Shown: in pieces, positions 39,021 through 48,669 of the stretch
Position numbering within the stretch: position 1 is the first letter of the stretch
Layout: each line of letters opens with the position of its first letter
NCBI GenBank assembly: GCA_965116885.1
Contig: OZ220741.1
Location: 1,632,001 to 1,696,000 of the forward strand
Reading direction: 5' to 3'
Length of the DNA: 64,000 nucleotides
From: Candidatus Latescibacterota bacterium
Lineage (GTDB): Bacteria; Latescibacterota; UBA2968
Translations under genes and position numbers: made by a program
The notes under the pieces: generated by a model
What the model was told of the DNA's origin: nothing
Seen by the model: the letters and a program-made list of their open reading frames with translations, nothing else
The model's database searches: none

Positions 39021-40526
39021 TCAGGACGTCAATTTGTCGAACAGGTGTTTTACCTCTTCTTCTTTTTCCGGGGTGCGCGTTCCGATCCATCCTTCGCCGA
39101 AATACAAACACAAGCCGACTATGATTTCGCCTCCGGTATAGATTGCGAAATTGTCCGTTATTTGTACGAGGATGGCGTAGGTCAGCAGCCCGCCTGCGAG
39201 GGCGAATATCGCGCCCCGCGCTGTGGGTTTTCGGAAGAGCATGCCGAACATGAGCGGTATTGCTATGGGGGATAGGAGCGCTCCAAATATCTGGACAGTT
39301 GCCGTGAATACTTTTTCTGCTCCTTTGCTTTCAGTGATGATAATGCCTGTGATGATGATGGCTATTCCAAAGATCAATGTGACGATTTTTCCGACGCGGA
39401 AGAGTGTCTGCTGTGTCCATTCGCGCTTGATGTTGCGCTGATAGATGTCTTTTGTGAATACGGCGGCGAGCGCGTTGAGGTCGCTGTCGATCATGGACAT
39501 GGTGGCGGCAAACATGGAGCAGATGAGGAGGCCTATTAATCCGGGCATTAGTCCGGAGAGCATGTGTTGGGCCATTAATACGTAGGTTTGCTGGAGGTCA
39601 AAGCCGGGCAGGGGCGCGAGCGTTACGGGGTCGAAATATTCGGTGAGTAATAAGGGCGCGGCCCAGCCGGGTACGAAGATGACGATGGGATATAGCAGGT
39701 AGAGGAATCCCGAGAGGAGCGCGGCTTTTTGGGTGTCTCGTGGGTCGGATACGGATATAAATCGCTGCGCTAATCCCCAGGTGGCGCCGTTATAACTGAA
39801 GATTACGACGATTAGATAGACAAACCAGAAGTCTATCCCAATGCCCGCTTCTGCGTTGAAGAATGCGCCTCGTTCGGCGGGTAGCTGTTCCCACAGGGGG
39901 TTCCATCCTCCGATGTTGTCGAGTACGAGATAGAGGACGATTGTGCTGATTACGAGCTGGACGACAAATTGGATCAGGTCGGTTAATACCGCGGCCCACA
40001 GTCCGCCTATGAGGACATAAACTACGGTGATTATGCCTGCGACCAGTACGACGGGCAATACTGCCCAGCCCGTGACGGTTTGTACGACGACGGAGATCGC
40101 GTAGAGTTTGATTCCGAGGTCTATAAATTTGACGCCGATGCCACAGAATGCGACCAAAAAGCGCACGGAGTTGCCGTATCGCGCTTCGAGATATTCTACG
40201 GGTGTGAGCACTTTGAGGCGAGACCATCGCGGTGCCCATACGAGGCAGCCGATCATCATGGCGATAAAACACGATAGGGAGAATAGCGTCCACATGCTGA
40301 ATCCAGCGGTTGCCGCCCGTCCCGCAAAGCCCACAAAGACGACGGCGCTGTATCCGGAGACATGGTGGGATATGGCGGCCATCCACCAGGGCAGGTTGTG
40401 GCCGGCGGCAAAGTACGCATCTACGTCCTGCGATTTTCGTTTGGCAATGCCGCCGATCCAGGCCATGAGCAAGGCGTAGAGGAAGATGACGACAAAGTCT
40501 GTGGGTGATAGCATGTTCATGTCCAT
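39021..40526 (-). CDS. Sodium:solute symporter (SSF) family transporter
   Basis: YFAAGHNLPWW..AIS, EYLEARY, GGLWAAVLTDLIQF, QRF, AATMSMIDSDLNA. Confidence 0.92.
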   Translation of the reverse strand: MDMNMLSPTDFVVIFLYALLMAWIGGIAKRKSQDVDAYFAAGHNLPWWMAAISHHVSGYSAVVFVGFAGRAATAGFSMWTLFSLSCFIAMMIGCLVWAPRWSRLKVLTPVEYLEARYGNSVRFLVAFCGIGVKFIDLGIKLYAISVVVQTVTGWAVLPVVLVAGIITVVYVLIGGLWAAVLTDLIQFVVQLVISTIVLYLVLDNIGGWNPLWEQLPAERGAFFNAEAGIGIDFWFVYLIVVIFSYNGATWGLAQRFISVSDPRDTQKAALLSGFLYLLYPIVIFVPGWAAPLLLTEYFDPVTLAPLPGFDLQQTYVLMAQHMLSGLMPGLIGLLICSMFAATMSMIDSDLNALAAVFTKDIYQRNIKREWTQQTLFRVGKIVTLIFGIAIIITGIIITESKGAEKVFTATVQIFGALLSPIAIPLMFGMLFRKPTARGAIFALAGGLLTYAILVQITDNFAIYTGGEIIVGLCLYFGEGWIGTRTPEKEEEVKHLFDKLTS

Positions 40527-40607
40527 TCAACGGAACGGGGTATGAAGGCGAGTAATTACTGACGTTGTGCTTCGCGTGCGAGCATGACTGCGCCAGCAGT
40601 TCATCAG

Positions 40608-40710
40608 CGAATCAATGTAGGGGCGGTGCCCCTGTGCCCGCCCGTTAGGTGGCGGAGCGGGGTTCGTCTATTCGTTGATTCGTCTATTCGTTGATTCGTC
40701 TATTCGTCTA
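40608..40710. repeat. Octamer-repeat element copy C with nested GTAG REP (40617-40644)
   Basis: GTAGGGGCGGTGCCCCTGTGCCCGCCCG followed by alternating TTCGTCTA/TTCGTTGA octamers overlapping the stop at 40700. Confidence 0.8.
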
Positions 40711-41473
40711 ATCCCGCGATTAGTTCCTCCGATGTCAGAGAATAGTGTCCGAACATTTCCAGGAAGAGTACGGCTCCCCGCGTCTGTCCAAGGTTTTCGT
40801 GTGTTTCAAAAGATTCCATTCCCGTGGTGCAGTCCCGAAGGAGGATGATTTCATATCCGCGGCGGCCCATTGCGAGGGTTCCGTAGTCTCTCATCAAGAT
40901 GCAGGCGTTGGTATTGAAGCCGAGATAGAAGAGGAAGAGTATGCCGTGTTGTTTGCACCAGCGGTGGAGTTCTTCGCCGGTGGAGATGACGGCTTCTTTG
41001 CCTTCGACCTGTACGAGGGGATGCATTGCGAGTCTGGCGCGAGTTTCAGTGAGTTCTTCTTCGCGCGGTTCTATGGGTCGCGCATAGTGTTCATATATTC
41101 CCGTTTTGCCGCGAAAGGCGGTGGGGGGCCAGTTGTTTTTGGATTTGGTGGATGTTTCTCCCTTTTCGATCAGGTTCACCCAGGATGGATGCGCTTCAGC
41201 CAGACGAGGTGCCGGGGCGTGGACGATGGGCATTTCCGCTTTTCGACAGGCGTTCAGGAGGGGGACGATGTTGTTGCGTACGATTTCCTCGGATCGAGCT
41301 TCTGTGTCTTTCAGGTAGTGATGCGACCAGATATCGACGAGGACGAGTGCTGTTTGCGCGAGTGGGATTTTCCAGTTGAGGTGGTCATAGCCCGTGTTCT
41401 TTTCGATCCAGACTACGCCTTTGTCAACGTGCCAGCGGTAGTAGCGAGGGGCGATGGTTATTTTGTTTTTCAT
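40700..41473 (-). CDS. Isochorismatase-like cysteine hydrolase
   Basis: TALVLVDIW, PIVHAP, YLGFNTNACI, ILLRDCTT. Confidence 0.8.
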   Translation of the reverse strand: MKNKITIAPRYYRWHVDKGVVWIEKNTGYDHLNWKIPLAQTALVLVDIWSHHYLKDTEARSEEIVRNNIVPLLNACRKAEMPIVHAPAPRLAEAHPSWVNLIEKGETSTKSKNNWPPTAFRGKTGIYEHYARPIEPREEELTETRARLAMHPLVQVEGKEAVISTGEELHRWCKQHGILFLFYLGFNTNACILMRDYGTLAMGRRGYEIILLRDCTTGMESFETHENLGQTRGAVLFLEMFGHYSLTSEELIAGLDE

Positions 41474-41483
41474 GTATTCTCCT

Positions 41484-43883
41484 TCACGCTATTCGCCTAA
41501 TTTCTCCACGGCCAATGGTGTGCGTTTTGTCTTCTCCTGCGATTTTCACTTTTGCATGTTCGGAGCTGGAGACATAAAGTGCCCCGTCGGGTATGGCGTC
41601 TATCCGGGCGTCGCCTTCTATGTTCAGTATTTGGGTAGCGCGGAGCAGGCAGGCAGATTCGCCGCCGATGGGGATGCAGTATAGCACGCGGTCTCCGCGT
41701 GTTTCGAGGATGGCGCCGGGAAAGACTGGCAGTTGTTCGGTTCTGTTTGCGGTGAAAGTACATATTTGTTGTGTGGTGCCGAAGTTTGCGGCGGCGAGAT
41801 ATCCTTCGGCTATCAAGCCAATGCTGTTTTCTGATGCGATCAGAATGTCGAAGGGGGTACCGGGTGTGTCGGCGGCGGTTTGTTCGGGGATTAACAGGGC
41901 TGTTAAGCGGCCCGCTTCTTCGCCCGCACGAAGGGGTTTTTCGCCTGTTAGTCGGGACAGTGTGAGGTCGTCGGCTATGGCGCGGTAGGGGTTGAAGTAG
42001 TGCCGGTTGTGATAGACTGTGTCGCCATTCCCGGTAAAGTGTATGCCCAGGCGGTTGTCTATGTTGAGATAGGGGGGATGGCCCAGGTTGTCGATTATGT
42101 CGTCTGCTTCGGTTTCGCCGTGCCAGCCCGCGTACCGGGTTTCGCCGTTGGGGTGATATAGCGCGCGTTCTCCGCGGCAGTTGGGAGCCATGTGTGAGAA
42201 GTGTTCGTTGGTGATGCGCAAAAATCCCTGGTTGAGTTCTTCCAGTACGAGGTCTTCCCGGGCGGTGAATTTTTCAAAAGATAGGATGCGGCCATCTGGC
42301 AGGCTGGCAAAGAGTACGTGTTGCCGCAGGGATTCCTGGCAGCGGTCTATTATTAGGGCTGCTGCAAAGCTGTCGTCGTATTCGGCAACGCGCACGGTTT
42401 TGAGGCGGTGGCTGTCGGGGCGGTTTTGTACGATGGGTGTGCCGAGCCAGGTGTCTGAACAGGGGGCGATGGTGTAGATGCCTTCTCGCGTCAGGGGCAG
42501 GGCCATGATGGAGTTGCGCCAGGCAAATGAGGTCTGTCCGTGCGGGTGTCTGTGGTGTACAAATCCCGCGTGGGGGAAGTGGCGTACGCCCGAGAGGCGC
42601 GATTCCATTTCTGCGGTGGGTGAGGGGGATGGCCCTGATCCAAAGAGGCGATGGAATAGATACAGACTGGCGGCGCCCGAGATTGAGACTTCGCGCATGA
42701 TCATGGGGTCTTGCTGATCGTGGGCTTTCAGGGCGAGGTCCTGATCGTACATCCGTCCCCCATTTCCGCGCTGACGTAGTTCGGCATGTTCCAGTCCCAG
42801 GTGTTCCAGGGCTGCGGCGTCCGCGTCGTCGAAGAATACGGCGGCAATCGCGTGCGCGGAAATGGTTGCGAATATGTTTAGATAATGCCAGTCCATTCCC
42901 TGAACAGCCTGGGCATATCCGCCGCCGTCGGTGAGTGCTTTCAGGTTTTCGTACACGCGCTGTTTGTTCCAGAAGAGTTCTGGCGGCAACTCGCGGCCCC
43001 AGAGTTGATGCAGACAGCCTACGCTCATCAGGGGAGAGAGGCCCGAAGCCGTGTAGCTGGGGTGGACCATGCCGTGGTTTTCCGCGAGGTAATCGGGTAG
43101 GGCAGTAAAGATTTTTGCGGTCAGGGTTCGCGCGGTTTCACTACCTACGAGGCCGAGGTCTTTGGTGTCTTGCGGCGCGGCGCAGGTGGAGAACATCCAT
43201 CTGCGGGCGGTTGCTTCCCATATTGCGGCGTCCGCGTGTTCGGATAGGAAGAGGAAGCAAGAGGTGAGCCCGTGAGAGGTCCAGGCATTTTCTTCCATCT
43301 GTGTGTCTGTATAGACGCCGCTTTTGGGTGCCATGTTGCCGAACCGCGCGGCGTAGTCTTCATGTACGCGGGCGACCATCATCCATGTTTCTTCATCGAT
43401 CCATTCCCGCAGTAGCAAGCAGACGTGCGCGAGGCCAGCGACGGTGCTTCCGCACTGGCTTTCGCGGAAGAAGCCTTTGCCCCGTTCACCCCATTTGGTG
43501 CCGCAGTTTTCCGAGCGGCCCAGTCCTTCTTGTGGACGCACGCAGTCCTCGGGACCGGAGTCGTGCGTGAAACAGAGGTAGCGCACGCCTTTGATCGCCA
43601 TTTCCCGCAGGGCGTCGCGGGATACGCCCGTGGATGTCTCGTCGTATTCTGGCGACGTACTGGCGTAGGCAAAGGTTTCGGCACAACTGATGGTTTCGAT
43701 TCCGTACCAGTGACATCCGCCAAAGAAATGCCCGCAGTTGGGGCGGTCGGGCCAGTCGGCAAAGTACGCGATGCCCGTTGGAATCCACTGTTCGATCATC
43801 CGAAGATAACGGCGACTCATTTCGTTTTCAGTGTCGGGAAGGTGCGGATGCTGCAGGTCTGTGGTGTCGGTCATGCGTGCCAT
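41484..43883 (-). CDS. Large hypothetical protein (possibly lyase-like alpha/beta architecture)
   Basis: 799-aa ORF with AGGAG RBS, no signal peptide; helical N-half with ENHGMVHPSY and QGMDW, beta-rich C-half. Confidence 0.55.
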   Translation of the reverse strand: MARMTDTTDLQHPHLPDTENEMSRRYLRMIEQWIPTGIAYFADWPDRPNCGHFFGGCHWYGIETISCAETFAYASTSPEYDETSTGVSRDALREMAIKGVRYLCFTHDSGPEDCVRPQEGLGRSENCGTKWGERGKGFFRESQCGSTVAGLAHVCLLLREWIDEETWMMVARVHEDYAARFGNMAPKSGVYTDTQMEENAWTSHGLTSCFLFLSEHADAAIWEATARRWMFSTCAAPQDTKDLGLVGSETARTLTAKIFTALPDYLAENHGMVHPSYTASGLSPLMSVGCLHQLWGRELPPELFWNKQRVYENLKALTDGGGYAQAVQGMDWHYLNIFATISAHAIAAVFFDDADAAALEHLGLEHAELRQRGNGGRMYDQDLALKAHDQQDPMIMREVSISGAASLYLFHRLFGSGPSPSPTAEMESRLSGVRHFPHAGFVHHRHPHGQTSFAWRNSIMALPLTREGIYTIAPCSDTWLGTPIVQNRPDSHRLKTVRVAEYDDSFAAALIIDRCQESLRQHVLFASLPDGRILSFEKFTAREDLVLEELNQGFLRITNEHFSHMAPNCRGERALYHPNGETRYAGWHGETEADDIIDNLGHPPYLNIDNRLGIHFTGNGDTVYHNRHYFNPYRAIADDLTLSRLTGEKPLRAGEEAGRLTALLIPEQTAADTPGTPFDILIASENSIGLIAEGYLAAANFGTTQQICTFTANRTEQLPVFPGAILETRGDRVLYCIPIGGESACLLRATQILNIEGDARIDAIPDGALYVSSSEHAKVKIAGEDKTHTIGRGEIRRIA

Positions 43884-43913
43884 TTTTGTTCTCCTAAAAA
43901 AAAGCGATCAGCT

Positions 43914-43973
43914 GTAGGGGACGGCCCCTGTGCCGTCCCGCCCGTCATCGCGGCATTGTTTTAGCCGCGATCC
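43914..43973 (+). repeat. GTAG-type REP followed by a CGTC-type palindrome
   Basis: GTAGGGGACGGCCCCTGTGCCGTCCCG then CGTCATCGCGGC-attgtttta-GCCGCGATCC. Confidence 0.8.
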
Positions 43974-44005
43974 AGAAGTTTTTTGTCATTGATGAGAGGG
44001 TACTT

Positions 44006-47000
44006 TCACCCCTTCACCCACTGATAATCAACGCTCGCATACACGGTCTCGATTTCGCCATTGACTATGCGAAGGTGTACGGCGTTTTGTATTTCGCACG
44101 GGTCGCCTGTGGAAATATCATAAACAAAGCCTTTTTGGTAATCCTCGCGGGATACGAGGCCGCGGATGAAGGAGGTGTCGCCTACTTCTACGCGTACTTT
44201 ATTTTTTTCTAAAGGCACGATGTCGGAGATGGTGTAACAGGCGTCTCGGATTCCGTCGTTTAAGACCCGAAGTTGTGTGCCTATTAGCCGTTTGTTCGGG
44301 GGGAGGTCGCCTTCTATTTTGATCCAGGCGGGTCCTGTTTCTTCGCGGTGAAAGTCCGTTACGGTGCCGCGGTGAGTTGGGTTGCTGATCTGCAGGGTTC
44401 CAGCGGTGGTATTCACCCGGGTTCCGCCGACTAAAAAGATGGATGTTTGTTTGTTGTCCTGGGATATGATTGCAAATCGTGCCGCGGCCGAGATGTTTTC
44501 GCCCAGGTTGAATACGCGGTTTGGGTCGTCTGATGACAGGATGTGATCTGTTCGACCTGTTGTGGTTGTTACCTTTATAGCCGCTGCTGTTAAGTCGCGT
44601 TCTTCCAATCCGAGGTCAATGCGGGTGGCGTCTGCTATATGAGGTTGGCTCTCGCGGTAAGGTTCTATGATGGAGGCAAAGAGGCTTTGCTCTGTACCGG
44701 TGTTGTGTAATAGTACGTAGCGGATGCGCCGGGGGTTGCCTGGTTTGTTTTGCGGGGGATCGCCCCAGGCCAGAGCCGCGGTTTCTACGTCGGACAATAC
44801 GCGGTAGCGCAGGTGCAGCGGGGTTTCTTCGTGCTGGGTTTTCCAGGTATCTATGAGTTTCCAGTCTGCCCACCATCCGGCTGCGGGCTTTGCGGCGCGG
44901 TGAACGCCGTAGAGGTAGGCAAAGCCACTGCCGCGGTAGCGTCCGTCGGGTGGTCCGTCGTAGTGGGTTCCAAAGGGGATGGTTTCGCCCGCGTATGTTC
45001 CCTTTTTCTGTGGGGTGAGGTCGATTCCATGTGCGTTTACGTCGCCTTCTCCGGCGTGGAAGCTCATGACGTGGTCATTTCCGCCATGTACGCGGAAAAA
45101 ATCGACGAGATAGGATTCTGTGGGCGATACGTCGATCATTGCAAGAGTGCGCCGATAGTCCTGTACACCGGGATATACTTCGGGGGATGCGATTTCGACG
45201 ACGCCTATGCCCTGCGAGGCGGCAAAATATTGGCAGTGTCCAATCCAGTTCACTTCCTGTTGCTGCTGGTTTACCGTTACTGTGTTGTGCGAGATGGTAT
45301 TTGTTGTCCAGCCCGCTCGTTTGGGCCATTTGCTGTCGGCGTATTCGGGGTATCCCAGGTCGGGCAGTACGTCCATTCCGCGGTAGTACATTCCAAAGTT
45401 CAACCGGTCTTTGTGACCGTGTCCACCGTTGCGTCCGTAATATAACCAGGCCGCCCGCTGGTCTTCTCCTTTGCCATGCCGAAATACGGTCAGTCCGTAT
45501 CCGTTCAGGTTTTCGCTTTTGAGTTCTAATTCGCCTTGTTGTTTTACGATTTCGAGGACGGTTTTCTGGATTGCTTCGGGGTCGGCGTCGCAGATGGAGG
45601 TGTGCAGTCCGTCGGTGCGGTTTCCGTTGAGTTTGTACGCGAGGCGCGCGAGGTCGGGGTCACCAAGCCGGGCAAAGGCGCTGATGACTGTTTCGAGATC
45701 TACACTTACCATGCCTTCGCCTCCGGTGTTGCCGGTGTCGCCGATGTGAGGGGTGTAGCGGTCCAGTGCAGTGAGGCGATAGGGCGCGCTGTACATGCGC
45801 TTGAGGCGGGGATAGTCGCGGTATAGATCGAAATCTCGATATTTGCGACACCGATCCAGTATCCAGGCACAGCGGGCAAATGCGTTCATCCAGCCGAAGC
45901 AATAGCCGGGGGCTGCTTCGTTGCCAACGCCGTCTCGATCCACTTCTCCGATCAGGGTTGCCGGGATGTGTCCCCCACCAGTGCCCCGGGATTCTCCGGG
46001 TTCAAAGAGCCAGTCGAGTGCTTCGGGCGTTTCCTGTGGGTCGTCCAGTACTGCCGCGACTGTGGCCATGGCGGTTTGGGTCATGCCTTCGTTGCCGCGG
46101 ATGCGTCTGTCTCGACAGGAGCGTATGAATTCTCGGAGGAGTCCGCGTTCGATGTTTTCGCGGATGTGGGCGATGCTCGTTTTGGGTTGTGTGATTTGCC
46201 ATTTTTCCGCTTGTGCGGATAGGAATTTGATCAGGTCCTGGTCGTTTTCTATGCCTTCGGAGATCATGTCGCAGGATAGGGATAGGGTTTCTGCCATGCC
46301 GTTTTCCCATATACAGCCTTTGATGCGGCCCATGCCCGTGCCGCCGTGGGAGTTGTAGAGGCCCAGGTCCGAATAAGGGGTTAAGTCCATGTTGGGATAT
46401 ACGTCTGCAATGCGGTCGAGGATGACGGCTCCTTTGTGGGCATAGGCGGTGTCGCCCGTGTAGAGATACGCTTTGCCCAGGGCGAGTGCCGCTGCTGGCA
46501 ATTCGGTCCATGTGCAATAATGGCTGTAGTAGGCGATGAACCACCAGCGGTTTCCCGATTCGTCGATCCAGCCCATGCCGTCATCTACTGCGAATTGGGG
46601 ATCATTGGGGTGTTCGGCGTTGTATAGCAGGGATTCATCGGCGAGTTTGCGGTCGAAGACGCCTCCGGATCCCAGACCGCTTTTGTAAAATGCCTCAAAG
46701 TCGTTTTTGGGCCAGATTTCTCCGCACGACGGACATTCGAGTTTATAGGGGCGGTGCAGCGATACTTTCCAGGGGTAGTTGCCGAATGCATAGACGTCTC
46801 GGCCGCATTCGGGACAGCCGAGGTCGGGATTGACGTGGATGCCGCGGGGAATGGATTGTCCGGTGATCAGGTCCCAGATTTCTTCATCACTTCGCGCCAT
46901 ATAGGGCGCGCATGTTTCGATTGCGGTATCTCGCTCGGCTTTTGCCCAGGCGTAGCGTTGGATATTTCGCCGGGCATTGTTTATTTCTTTGGGGGTGTAT

Positions 47001-47008
47001 AGTCTCAT
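44006..47008 (-). CDS. Heparinase II/III-like protein
   Basis: NEAAPGY, PHIGDTG, GGHGHKDRLNF, PDLGYPEY, TISHNTVTVN, YLVDFFRVHGG. Confidence 0.82.
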   Translation of the reverse strand: MRLYTPKEINNARRNIQRYAWAKAERDTAIETCAPYMARSDEEIWDLITGQSIPRGIHVNPDLGCPECGRDVYAFGNYPWKVSLHRPYKLECPSCGEIWPKNDFEAFYKSGLGSGGVFDRKLADESLLYNAEHPNDPQFAVDDGMGWIDESGNRWWFIAYYSHYCTWTELPAAALALGKAYLYTGDTAYAHKGAVILDRIADVYPNMDLTPYSDLGLYNSHGGTGMGRIKGCIWENGMAETLSLSCDMISEGIENDQDLIKFLSAQAEKWQITQPKTSIAHIRENIERGLLREFIRSCRDRRIRGNEGMTQTAMATVAAVLDDPQETPEALDWLFEPGESRGTGGGHIPATLIGEVDRDGVGNEAAPGYCFGWMNAFARCAWILDRCRKYRDFDLYRDYPRLKRMYSAPYRLTALDRYTPHIGDTGNTGGEGMVSVDLETVISAFARLGDPDLARLAYKLNGNRTDGLHTSICDADPEAIQKTVLEIVKQQGELELKSENLNGYGLTVFRHGKGEDQRAAWLYYGRNGGHGHKDRLNFGMYYRGMDVLPDLGYPEYADSKWPKRAGWTTNTISHNTVTVNQQQQEVNWIGHCQYFAASQGIGVVEIASPEVYPGVQDYRRTLAMIDVSPTESYLVDFFRVHGGNDHVMSFHAGEGDVNAHGIDLTPQKKGTYAGETIPFGTHYDGPPDGRYRGSGFAYLYGVHRAAKPAAGWWADWKLIDTWKTQHEETPLHLRYRVLSDVETAALAWGDPPQNKPGNPRRIRYVLLHNTGTEQSLFASIIEPYRESQPHIADATRIDLGLEERDLTAAAIKVTTTTGRTDHILSSDDPNRVFNLGENISAAARFAIISQDNKQTSIFLVGGTRVNTTAGTLQISNPTHRGTVTDFHREETGPAWIKIEGDLPPNKRLIGTQLRVLNDGIRDACYTISDIVPLEKNKVRVEVGDTSFIRGLVSREDYQKGFVYDISTGDPCEIQNAVHLRIVNGEIETVYASVDYQWVKG

Positions 47009-47019
47009 CGCGATTCTCC

Positions 47020-48516
47020 TTATGGCGTGTCAAAGGCTTGTACGAAGATCAAGAAGTCGCCAAATCCCACTTTTCCGTCCAGGTCCAGGTCAAAGGGAGC
47101 GAATACAGTCGCGTATTCGCCTACGATTTTTCCATAGGCATTGGCGAATAGGAGAAAGTCTTCGAACCCTATTGTTCCGTTGCCGTCAAAGTCTGCGCTG
47201 CGGGAGGTGCTGGCTTTGAGAAAAAGCCGTCGAATAGTTTTGAAGATTTCGTCGTCGGGTGCTTTGGGCAGGGCGTAGGTTACGACGCCTTCACAAAAGC
47301 CCTGTCGCCTTTGTATCAGTGCCATTTTCACTTTGTCGCGGATGCGCTCGGCTGTGCCGGGTTCGCCGTTCCTTTTTACAAATTGGTATCGGGTTGCCGC
47401 TATCATGACGATCAGTGGTATGCGATACCTGCCCGCACCCTGATAGGCAGGTTCAAAGTTTACGGTCCAGCGTCCTTTAACTGTTTGTTGCCAGTTTTCT
47501 TCTGGTACGAGTCCCTGTGCAACGGGTTCCTGTATTTCTACAAGGACGGGAAAGTTGGATACGCGCTTGCGGTCATATACGCGAATGGTCAGGGTTATAT
47601 GTGTTTTCTGGTTTACCAGTGGGGCGAGGTTTAATTCTTCTGTTTGCCAGGCTTTTTCGCCGCCAGCCACGTCTTCTTCCCACGCGATCTGGTCATCTAT
47701 GAGCAATTGTTTGAAATGGTAGCCCGCTGTTGGTCCTTCATAGCTGTCTTGTTGCGTCAATCGAAGTGTATAGTGCTCGGCGTTGGGCAGTACGCGAAAT
47801 TGCCTCTGGAGACTTGCGGCGTCGCCTATTGCCGAGCGGGTGCGTTGGGGATAGAAGAATTGCCATCTCGCGGGTGTGTCTCGCTGGTCGTTGAGCAATT
47901 GCCATGTCCGTTGTACGGTTTGCGCGGTTTTGGGATAAGCCGCGACGACGCCGTCGATTGCATCCCCATAGTTTGCGACAAATGCCCGGTCCATTTCGGG
48001 GTAATACATCAGGGGCCAGAATTCCATGTTGGGGTTGATGGCCCGCGCTGTTTGGCGCATGGTGGATACATAGGCGGGGGTATATAGGTTTCGGTTGGCC
48101 CAGAAGTCGTCGATTACAAATGCTTTCAAGTTGGGATGGGCGAGTGATAATAGCGCGATTTCTTCTGCCCAGCGTATGTAATTTAGACGAAATGGTTCGG
48201 AATATCGCGTGCCGTAAATCGGGGGACTTTCTGTAGGCGGTACGAGATAGACCCAGGTGTCAATGCCCGCTTTTTGCGCTGCGGGCAAAAATAGTTTCAG
48301 GTCTTCCCAATCGGTTTCTCTGTGCCAGATGAGAAAGAAGTAGGTGTTGACGCGGAGTTCAGTCAAGCGGCGTATGAGTACGGGTATATCTACGCGACCG
48401 TCGCTTTCTCTTACTTCCGCGTTGTAATCGGCGATTACAGGCGGCGGGTTCGCATGCAGAGGCCCCGCGGTGAATACCAGTAGTATCCAGATCAGAACTT
48501 TCAATTTGTGAGTCAT
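47020..48516 (-). CDS. Secreted glycoside-hydrolase-like protein with dockerin/EF-hand-like C-terminus
   Basis: Signal peptide; TIM-barrel-like FVIDDF; tail ADFDGNGTIGFEDFLLF...FDLDLDGKVGFGDFLIF. Confidence 0.65.
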   Translation of the reverse strand: MTHKLKVLIWILLVFTAGPLHANPPPVIADYNAEVRESDGRVDIPVLIRRLTELRVNTYFFLIWHRETDWEDLKLFLPAAQKAGIDTWVYLVPPTESPPIYGTRYSEPFRLNYIRWAEEIALLSLAHPNLKAFVIDDFWANRNLYTPAYVSTMRQTARAINPNMEFWPLMYYPEMDRAFVANYGDAIDGVVAAYPKTAQTVQRTWQLLNDQRDTPARWQFFYPQRTRSAIGDAASLQRQFRVLPNAEHYTLRLTQQDSYEGPTAGYHFKQLLIDDQIAWEEDVAGGEKAWQTEELNLAPLVNQKTHITLTIRVYDRKRVSNFPVLVEIQEPVAQGLVPEENWQQTVKGRWTVNFEPAYQGAGRYRIPLIVMIAATRYQFVKRNGEPGTAERIRDKVKMALIQRRQGFCEGVVTYALPKAPDDEIFKTIRRLFLKASTSRSADFDGNGTIGFEDFLLFANAYGKIVGEYATVFAPFDLDLDGKVGFGDFLIFVQAFDTP

Positions 48517-48669
48517 TTAAAAATGTCTTTGCGATAAATTTTTATGGCTTGTTGCCGCTATGTGTGACTATATTAGCCCAACCCAAATGCAAAGTTACAA
48601 GACATATTTCCAAATTCAAGAAAATTTGGGCTTGCTTTAAATGCGAAAAGCCCATTCTTCGAAAATACT

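Noticed and set aside
40608..40710. Possible CRISPR array
   Set aside because: 8-bp tandem units without unique spacers; no cas genes.
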